A stretch of 60,858 nt of DNA, counting the filler, from Basidiobolus meristosporus CBS 931.73 (Eukaryota > Fungi > Basidiobolomycota), in NCBI GenBank assembly GCA_002104905.1. It is 3 parts of 3 records of this genome, joined end to end, with 100 filler letters (N's around TTAATTAATTAA, not from the genome) between each part and the next. Parts side by side here need not be neighbours in the genome. Positions count along the whole stretch, not along the records: positions 1 to 17,869 come from MCFE01001079.1; positions 17,970 to 30,808 come from MCFE01001222.1; 1 more part is not named here. One strand, written 5' to 3'. A model generated the notes under the pieces. The model ran no database searches and was not told the DNA's origin. It worked only from the letters and a program-made list of their open reading frames with translations. Below, piece after piece: positions 13,432-21,055 of this stretch; position 1 is the stretch's first letter, and each line of letters starts with the position of its first letter. The translations under genes were made by a program, and so were the position numbers.

Positions 13432-13953
13432 AGGAAAGTCACCAAGTGGTGAAATCTTTATTTACTTATAACAAGTATCTAAAGAAGCCAAGTTAATCTG
13501 AAGTAATTCCTAGAAAGCTAGGTCTGAGAGATATCTTCCTGGTAAGCCAGGTCTGAGAGTTGAGAAGCTGAGTGGTACTATATTTCCTAGTTAGCTAGGT
13601 CTGAGAGAGGTTTCCAGGAAAGCCAGGCCTGAGAAGTGAGAATCTAAATATATCTGAGCTAAGTTATACTGGTTTGCGGTAGCTGAATTGTGGCCGGAAT
13701 GGCCAGTAGACTGGGGGAACTGAGAGGAATTTCTGGGCGATCACTGGCCAAATTTACTAGGCAAATCTGGCCAATTAGCATTTCAAGGATTTCAGCCAAT
13801 CAGAGCCTTTACTTTGCCCGATGGTTGATCAAGCCATCTCCCAATGAGCACACATCAATTTATTGATCAAATTTTTGCTGGATCCAGGATTTGAACCCAC
13901 AACCATGGGTATGGAAGGGTTAGGGATAACCACAAGGCTAAGTGTTCTTGGTT
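13432..13953 (-). mobile_element. tRNA-derived SINE-like element, copy 1 (~522 bp)
   Basis: Minus-strand A box TAGCCTTGTGG (13930-13940) and B box GGTTCAAATCC (13887-13897), 32 nt apart. The body is non-coding and the 3' hairpin module is shared with the LINE. About 98% identical to copy 2. Confidence 0.8.
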
Positions 13954-13954
13954 C

Positions 13955-14131
13955 AAGGGTTAGGGGAGGGAAAGTCACCAAGGTAGGTGAAATCTTTATT
14001 TGATTTCAGACAAGTCTAACTACAAATAAAGAAGCCAGCTGGGAATAGAAGATTCCCAAAGTAAATACTAAGTTGAATATGAATAAATCTAAGCTAAAGT
14101 TAAGGCAGTATCCCAGAGTACACTGGAGTTC
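13955..14131 (-). mobile_element. ~165-bp 3' stub of a third related telomeric element with AGGGTTAGGGG junction
   Basis: Shares GCTGGCTTCTTT and AAATAAAGATTTCACC-TACCTT-GGTGAC with the LINE and SINE 3' ends, but its upstream sequence is unrelated. Confidence 0.7.
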
Positions 14132-14163
14132 AGGGTTAGGGTTAGGGTTAGGGTTAGGGGGGG
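14132..14163 (+). repeat. Interstitial telomeric tract AGGG(TTAGGG)4GGGG
   Basis: Read directly from the sequence. Confidence 0.95.
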
Positions 14164-14684
14164 AGGAAAGTCACCAAGTGGTGAAATCTTTATTTACTTA
14201 TGACAAGTATCTAAAGAAGCCAAGTTAATCTGAAGTAATTCCTAGAAAGCTAGGTCTGAGAGATATCTTCCTGGTAAGCCAGGTCTGAGAGTTGAGAAGC
14301 TGAGTGGTACTATATTTCCTAGTTAGCTAGGTCTGAGAGAGGTTTCCTGGAAAGCCAGGCCTGAGAAGTGAGAATCTGAATATATCTGAGCTAAGTTATA
14401 CTGGTTTGCGGTAGCTGAATTGTGGCCGGAATGGCTAGTAGACTGGGGGAACTGAGATGAATTTCTGGGCGATCACTGGCCAAATTTACTAGGCAAATCT
14501 GGCCAATTAGCATTTCAAGGATTTCAGCCAATCAGAACCTTTACTTTGTCCAATGGTTGATCAAGCCATCTCCCAATGAGCACACATCAATTTATTAATC
14601 AAATTTTGCTGGATCCAGGATTTGAACCCACAACCATGGGTATGGAAGGGTTAGGGATAACCACAAGGCTAAGTGTTCTTGGTT
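14164..14684 (-). mobile_element. tRNA-derived SINE-like element, copy 2 (~521 bp)
   Basis: A box at 14661-14671 and B box at 14618-14628. It has the same 5' end point as copy 1 and about 10 differences from it. Confidence 0.8.
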
Positions 14685-17644
14685 GGGTTAGGGGTTAGGG
14701 GGGAGACAGTCACCAACAGGTGAAATCTTTATTTCAGTTGAAACAAAGAAGCCAGCGCTACTGTTGTAGCTTTGATACAAGAGTGTGTAGCTGAGGGGAA
14801 TTTGTAGGTAAGTTAATAAGAAGTGATGATAGTTCTTCAGTGCTCAAGACACTGTTCAGTGGGAAGGGGGGTAGCAAGAGAGGTAAGAATGACTTGTGAA
14901 CAACATTAATAAGGGGAATGTGATAAGGATTGATATTCATCATAAAGGGAGTGTGCTGCTGCAGATATTGCTGCCAAAGGTCTGTCAAGTACTTCAGGTA
15001 GGCCAGCTTGGGTTTTTCTGACTGCAGAATAAATTCAGCAAACTTCTTGACTTCAGGATCTCCAAGTATAGTTCTCCAGCAGGAGCCAGGTGTTGTGTGG
15101 TGTGTTCTCTTCCAGGCCTTAATCAGTGGGTTGTTGCAGTTGTGAAGTCTGAGGTATAATCTGGTTCTTAGGTAGAGAAGTCTGATCTTATAGGGCATAA
15201 ACCCAAAAGCACCGAGAATAGCATGTCTGTAGGGGCATTCAGGCAAATGAGGCACCAAGGAGGTAATGCACCATACTGCAAACTTGTCAAGCTTAGTGCA
15301 GTCTCTAGAAGTAAGAGAGAGAAGTGGTAAGCCAAATTCCAGGACAGGGAAGACAAACTGCTTGAGTAGAAGGAGGCAGCTGGGAGCTGAAGTTGTAGGA
15401 GGAGTAACAGCCAGTAGCTTGTGGAGTGCCTGTCTTGCTAGGATAATTCTCTTCTTCAAGTGTGCTCCAGAGTCTAGTCCAGTAGGAAGGAAAGGAAAGC
15501 CAAGATATGTAGCAGAAACCTGAGCAGGTAGAGTGGAGTTCTCCAAGTTGATGGGAGTGCCCAAAGGTACTGTCTTTGCAATGGAGAGCTGGAGATTATT
15601 CTTCTGCAGATACTGGTGGATGGTCTGGGAGTCTTGTTGCACATTGGAGGAGGATATTCTGATGTCATCAGCAAAGAGAGTAACCAGGCAGTCAGCTGAG
15701 AGTCTTGGGAAATCATTTAGGAAGATGGCAAACAGTATAGGACCAAGCACAGAGCCTTGAACCACTCCATTAGGAACTGAGAACACAGCTGATTGCTCAC
15801 TTGGGTGCAGAATTCTTGCTTGTGGATCCAGAAACAGAGACCTGACAAGGAGGGTGAGAGAGGTACTGGAGAAGCATTGCAACTTGGACCAAAGCAGATT
15901 TCTGTCAACTGAATCAAAGGCCTTAGTAATATCAAACAGAACAGAGGGATACTTGCACTGGAGAGAGTGATCTTGGCTAAGTATGACTGCATATTCCAAG
16001 GAGAGGCCAGGAACAAAGCCAAACTGTGCAGGATGAAACTTGAGGGAGTCAGAGTAGAGCTCCTGAGCAAGCAGAAGCCCAAACACCTTTCTGCAGGTGG
16101 GCAGCAGAGATATTGGTCTGTAGGAGCTAGGATCCAGGTGCTTTCCTTTACCCTTGTACAGTGGCAGAACATTTGCAAAGGACCATTCCTCAGGAGTAGA
16201 AAGCTGGGCTGAGCATTGCTGAAACAGTGGAAGCAGAAGTGCAGACATGGCCTTGGTACTAGTCTTCAGAAGCTCATAGGAGATTGTGTCCACACCTGGA
16301 GCAGTAGAGTTGGGAAGCCTCTTGAGCACATTATGGATTCTCCCTTGATCAAGTGCAAGTGGGATGGGCAGAGTCTTGAAGTCAGGATGAAAGCCAGGAG
16401 TTGAGTACTGCTTTGTAGAGAAGAAGATGTTAGCCAGCTGTTCTGTTGAAGGTAACATCCTGGAAGAGGGCCTCATTGCCCTGTAGAGTCTTGATACTGT
16501 TCTTGTGATAGAGTTGGAAGATTGCAGAGGCAAAGAACTCATAATATGATCCCAGAGCTGAGTATGCAGAGTGTGGTGAATTGCCTTGGAGTGGTGTATT
16601 GCTGTCAGGAGGAGTTTCTCTGTTTTTGGGTTAGGGAAACTCAGGTAGCTTTGTTGCAGGGCTGAAACAATGGATTCCCATTTTCTTGAGGTAACAGCAG
16701 TAGTCTTGCATGGCAGTGAGAGGGAGGCAGACACCAGAATCAGATGCTTCACAAAGAGCCAGGCATAGTTGAGATCATCTGGCAGAGAAAGTAGCAAACT
16801 GGCAAGCTTCAAGTAGTTCCCAAAGTCTTTCTTCTGATTTTTGGTAGCTTTGTGGGTGAGCACAGTAAGTTTTGGCAGCTTCTTCTTCACAACTGGTTGC
16901 ATAGAAAGGGACCAGGCTGGGTGGTCAGAGGCTCTCAAGGATCCTAGCTCAGCTCCAGAGAATTGCTTAACTTCATTCACAAAGTAGAGGGCAGCAGCAG
17001 AAGGGCAGATCCAGTCAACACATCTTTTCTCAGATTGAGCACCTAGTGCTAGCAGATGGCTTTCTCTCAGGAAGTTCAGTAGGAATGTAGACCTTGGCTT
17101 CATTCTTGCAGTCAGAGTAGTCTTGTTCTCAGGATGGGGAATGTTGAGATCTCCAAGCAAGATAACAGGTGTTGATATAGATTGTTGGTATTGCTGAACC
17201 TTCTGGCATATAACTTGCACTTCCTGAAGGGCAAGACTTGGAGGCAGATAGCAGAGCACCAGACTGATAGTTGGCAACTGGAGAGCAGCACAGTAAGGGG
17301 AGTAAAGAGGAACACAGAGCTGAGGAGTATTGATGGTAGAAGAGATGAAGCAGATAGAGGAGGTATTCTTTGTTCTAGGAGTAGAAAAGCAATATAGATT
17401 AGTCAAAAGTATAGAGGGTAGCTGGACATCAATCAAACACAGGAGGGAAAATCTTGAAAGAAGTCTCTCTAGAGTTGGTCTTGATGGCTGTATGCTGTTG
17501 CAGTTAAGCAACAGAACTTCAGGTAGTCAGGCAGAGGTTGTAGCTTCTTCAGAGGCAGCATTGACAATGTGACCTGCAGAGTCCCAGAGCTCTTCAAATG
17601 GTGCATCACTTAAGTCAGCAAGGAGGGAAATGGCATGGTTCTTG
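14685..17644 (-). mobile_element. Telomere-associated non-LTR retrotransposon (APE-RT LINE), 5'-truncated by the telomere
   Basis: Contains ORF2, a 54-nt 3' UTR ending in CCCCCCTAACCCCTAA, and a remnant of the upstream frame. The 5' side is joined directly to the terminal TTAGGG array. Confidence 0.92.
14758..17526 (-). CDS. LINE ORF2: AP-like endonuclease plus reverse transcriptase (no ATG at start)
   Basis: APE motifs LLLNCNSI, CYLPP, LGDLN, CVDW, SDH. RT motifs APGVDTISYELLK, YRPISLL, QFGF, FDITKAFDSV, GVVQGSVLGPILF, FADD, YLG. There are no internal stops. No RNase H or CCHC knuckle was recognised. Confidence 0.92.
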   Translation of the reverse strand, partial: LPEVLLLNCNSIQPSRPTLERLLSRFSLLCLIDVQLPSILLTNLYCFSTPRTKNTSSICFISSTINTPQLCVPLYSPYCAALQLPTISLVLCYLPPSLALQEVQVICQKVQQYQQSISTPVILLGDLNIPHPENKTTLTARMKPRSTFLLNFLRESHLLALGAQSEKRCVDWICPSAAALYFVNEVKQFSGAELGSLRASDHPAWSLSMQPVVKKKLPKLTVLTHKATKNQKKDFGNYLKLASLLLSLPDDLNYAWLFVKHLILVSASLSLPCKTTAVTSRKWESIVSALQQSYLSFPNPKTEKLLLTAIHHSKAIHHTLHTQLWDHIMSSLPLQSSNSITRTVSRLYRAMRPSSRMLPSTEQLANIFFSTKQYSTPGFHPDFKTLPIPLALDQGRIHNVLKRLPNSTAPGVDTISYELLKTSTKAMSALLLPLFQQCSAQLSTPEEWSFANVLPLYKGKGKHLDPSSYRPISLLPTCRKVFGLLLAQELYSDSLKFHPAQFGFVPGLSLEYAVILSQDHSLQCKYPSVLFDITKAFDSVDRNLLWSKLQCFSSTSLTLLVRSLFLDPQARILHPSEQSAVFSVPNGVVQGSVLGPILFAIFLNDFPRLSADCLVTLFADDIRISSSNVQQDSQTIHQYLQKNNLQLSIAKTVPLGTPINLENSTLPAQVSATYLGFPFLPTGLDSGAHLKKRIILARQALHKLLAVTPPTTSAPSCLLLLKQFVFPVLEFGLPLLSLTSRDCTKLDKFAVWCITSLVPHLPECPYRHAILGAFGFMPYKIRLLYLRTRLYLRLHNCNNPLIKAWKRTHHTTPGSCWRTILGDPEVKKFAEFILQSEKPKLAYLKYLTDLWQQYLQQHTPFMMNINPYHIPLINVVHKSFLPLLLPPFPLNSVLSTEELSSLLINLPTNSPQLHTLVSKLQQ

Positions 17645-17869
17645 AGGGTTAGGGTTAGGGTTAGGGTTAGGGTTAGGGTTAGGGTTAGGGTTAGGGTTAG
17701 GGTTAGGGTTAGGGTTAGGGTTAGGGTTAGGGTTAGGGTTAGGGTTAGGGTTAGGGTTAGGGTTAGGGTTAGGGTTAGGGTTAGGGTTAGGGTTAGGGTT
17801 AGGGTTAGGGTTAGGGTTAGGGTTAGGGTTAGGGTTAGGGTTAGGGTTAGGGTTAGGGTTAGGGTTAGG
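17645..17869 (+). repeat. Terminal telomere (TTAGGG)n, ~37 units
   Basis: Perfect G-strand repeat running to the 3' end of the contig, the orientation expected for a right chromosome end. Confidence 0.97.
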
Positions 17870-17969
17870 NNNNNNNNNNNNNNNNNNNNNNNNNNNNNNN
17901 NNNNNNNNNNNNNTTAATTAATTAANNNNNNNNNNNNNNNNNNNNNNNNNNNNNNNNNNNNNNNNNNNN
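17870..17969. other. Artificial contig spacer (N44-TTAATTAATTAA-N44)
   Basis: Six-frame-stop linker, identical to the one at 30809-30908. Confidence 0.95.
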
Positions 17970-19350
17970 TAGTTGTATAGACCCACTTGCAGTAGCTTCC
18001 TGAGTAGAGTTATCTCCCAGATAAACCTTTCTTACAGGAATAGTTTTAAAGTTGCTGAACCACTCCTTTATACCACATATATGCTGTGAGGCACCAGAGT
18101 CAATACACCATTCATTACTTTGGTTACTGGCACTCTCTTGTATGGTTAGAAATAACTGTTCATCATTAGTTATATGGTTTGCCTGCTCCAGTTTCTGTTT
18201 TTTGTCTGCTTGTTTCTTCTTGCATTCTCTTGCCCAATCTCCTGGCTTTTTACAACAGTTGCAGCAACCAATTTTTCCTCAGTTTTGTTGTTTTCCCTTC
18301 TTTTCTGAGTGCCTTTCTGAACAGAATAAAGCATTATCTTTGATTTATTCTGCTTGATCATTACGTCTGAGTTCTTTATGGAGGAGTGTTCCTTTGACAT
18401 AGTCTAAAGTTAAATTGTCTTCTCTGCATTCAAAAGAAAGTATGAGTAGCTCATAATTGTCTGGTAGGCTGCAAAGCAGACAAAGGATCTTTTCTTTATC
18501 ATTGACACCAGCATTAATACTGTAAAGTTCTTCTGCAAGTGTCTCCATTCTGGTAATGAGTTGTAGCATGTCTTCATCTGGCTTCTTCCTCATATTGAAG
18601 AACTTTTGTTTAAATAAAGCTTGCTTGATACTGACTTTGCTTTAAAGATCTTCTCTAAGGATTCCATGCTGCTTTGGCAGTATTTGAGACATGGAATTGT
18701 CTAATGAAGGAATCTTGCACACTGATACATATGGCATTAAAGGCCTTTCTCTCCTTCTCTTGAGACTTCTCCACTACTTTGGCTGTACCTTTGGGCTCAA
18801 CTTCTTTTCCTATTACTCTATTACAAAGCTTACATTCCTCAAGGTGGATCTGCATCCTGATTCTCCAAAGTCTGTAGTTCTTTCCATCAAACCTCTGCTT
18901 TACAGGGAAGATGTTTGTGTTGTTCTGTTTGCTGGTAGAAATTATCTTTAGAATAGATTAGGGCAATCAGGGCTCATAACCTGTTGCAATTTATGAAGTG
19001 ATTTGGATATAAGGAACTTATCAAGAAATAGTGTTAATAGTTGAACTGTTGTTTATTTATAAAGAAGCTCTGTATTTATACCTGTGTAGAAGTAATACAG
19101 ATGTAAAACTAAGTAAAGAGGGCTTCTCTATATTCAAGAGTATTCTGTAACAGTTTCAGGGTTAGTACATAATAGTTAGTATTAGTGCTAATTTGATCCT
19201 GACTATAGGGGAATAATCATAAGATCATAGATCTGAAGAAAGTTGCAACATCAGAGCTGTACATTAGTCCCACAGTGACCAAGACTAGTCCAGGATTGTT
19301 AAGTAAATTTTCAGCTGCACAATGATACCAAACAGTCCAATATTTCAACA
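17970..19350 (-). mobile_element. Ty1/Copia family 1, 5' part (LTR 18982-19350, PBS, disrupted gag)
   Basis: LTR TGTTGAAAT...TTGCAACA, then PBS GGTTATGAGCCC. Gag fragments MQIHLEECKLC, CLLCSLPDNY and the CCHC region are homologous to 28260-29051. Confidence 0.88.
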
Positions 19351-21055
19351 GAATGTTACCCTTAAGTCCATCAAGAATGTGAAGAGTTGGTACATAGTGG
19401 ACAACCAGGAAGGGTTGGAAAATACTGAAAACAGATGTGCACATGGAGACACCTATGCATATGGAATTAAGAAACTTAGCAGCCCCAATGCATGGGTAAC
19501 AAGGTAAGTAATACACAGTTGGGTTGGGTGCAATAAGCAATGAAATCTTATTAGGAACACTCTACCAAAGTATGCTGGGTATCTCTTGGTCACTAGCCAA
19601 CTTCCACACCATTCAGTATGGAGCTCACACAAACAAGAACCAGAGCACACCTCTAAGAAGGACTAGAATTCAGCAGGGAGAAGGAATATACTGGCCAATT
19701 ACCACAAAAGTTCTTTACAGATATTTAGGAGGTATTCATGGCAGCAGTAGTAGCAACCAAGCATATGTTTGCAAGAAGTATATGTTACCAGCAGTACAAG
19801 GTATCTGGTAACTTTGCAAGTATCACACTAAAAAGCCGTAAAGTTGAGCTAATAGAGGTATATCAATTGCAGCAGGTGGATGCATTTGTAGAGGTTACTA
19901 AGCTGGTGGCCATAGTTTTTTTTGATTTGAGCTATATGCGGAATACCCAAGGTAGTAGTGGGTAAGCAAATAAAGAGGGGTGATTCTACAGTGGAATATA
20001 TGAATTGCACAAGGGAAGGTAGAAAAAGGAAATACTATTTGGTATATTGGTACAGTAGCATTATACAGAGCTAGCTGTAGGCCACCATACTGCTGTAGTA
20101 ATGCCATCAGAGACTTGCAATGAGGCTGTGAAAGCACTGTCAAGTTTTTTGTCATAAAAGGCAACTGGATGCACTTGCCAATTAGATCCATTTAAATAGT
20201 TGCAGAGTGCATCAAGACCACAGCAAAAATTTTTTTCCTACACTCTTCTTAGGTAGGATTCTTCTGCATAGCATATATTTCCAATGGTACTGCTTCTGAT
20301 AGCCTTCTTTCATGGTGATTATAGCCTCTCTGATTAGTCATTGTGGGCTTCCCACCTGCAAACAAAGCTGAGTCATAGTCTAAGGCAATCTTGATGACTT
20401 CTGTAATAGTCCAAGGTCTTCAAAAACTCACTCCCTTGCACCTTTTTTCTTCAGCCAATCAATATGTTATTCAACTTGATCCAGCAGGTCCATTTTTTCA
20501 ATTTGTCCAGGTATATATCTATACTTACAGATGAGCTCTTGAGCCATACCTTTCTGTCTCAGTGTCTCTAATTGCTTCTTAGTGATGTGTACTGGTGTGG
20601 GGGTTCCAAAGTACTCTGAATTTCTGACACAAACTCATCCCAGGTGGAGATTGTAGTGCATCCCCTCATGGTGGCTGACATGATCTTATTGTTGTACCAC
20701 TGTAAATCTGCATCTGAAAAGCAAGAAGCTGCATTATGTAACCTGCTTTCAGGAGCAATTCTCCTAGCCTTAAAACCTTCTTCATTTTGGAAGAGCCAAG
20801 TTCCAAGGCTCTCATTGACTCCACCATAATACTTGTGGACCATCATGCTAAAGTTGCACTTGACAGGGTTATGCTGGCTCTGGGCCATGGTAGTCATTGC
20901 TTGTCACTGCTGGTTGAGGATCTGGAGTAAATGCTGCTGTTGAGACAGGATTTGTTTCATTGCATTCTTCCAATCTTGATTTTCTGATATCTTGACAGAG
21001 GCTTCTTCTTTCTTCAGGGGAGGTGGATTCTGGTTATTACTGCTATCAATGTTAC
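19351..21055 (-). mobile_element. Decayed Ty3/Gypsy remnant (gag and RNase H fragments)
   Basis: Gag-like peptide ESLGTWLFQ...LQWYN...STWDEFVSEIQSTLEP (20568-20897). An RNase H-like HPVAFYDKKL near 20150. Many stops. Confidence 0.65.

Noticed and set aside
13406-13445. N-terminus MVTFLPLTLALTL of the 537-aa ORF
   Set aside because: It is a chance read-through from the SINE end and telomeric tract into the broken Gypsy RT, not a real fusion start.
13887-13947. Functional tRNA gene
   Set aside because: The A/B boxes are present but the acceptor and T stems do not pair, so it is treated as a SINE head.
10174-14735. CRISPR-like repeat-spacer array
   Set aside because: The DNA is eukaryotic, the spacers run from 43 bp to kb scale, and they are retroelement bodies. 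No cas genes are present.
16627-16636. GGGTTAGGG inside LINE ORF2
   Set aside because: It is a single in-frame occurrence (FPNPK) and is compatible with chance.
17630-17917. ORF 'MAWFLRVRVRV...'
   Set aside because: It is the translation of the telomeric repeat running into Ns.
17914-17925. TTAATTAATTAA palindrome (also 30853-30864)
   Set aside because: It is a six-frame-stop assembly linker centred in 100-bp spacers, not biological sequence.
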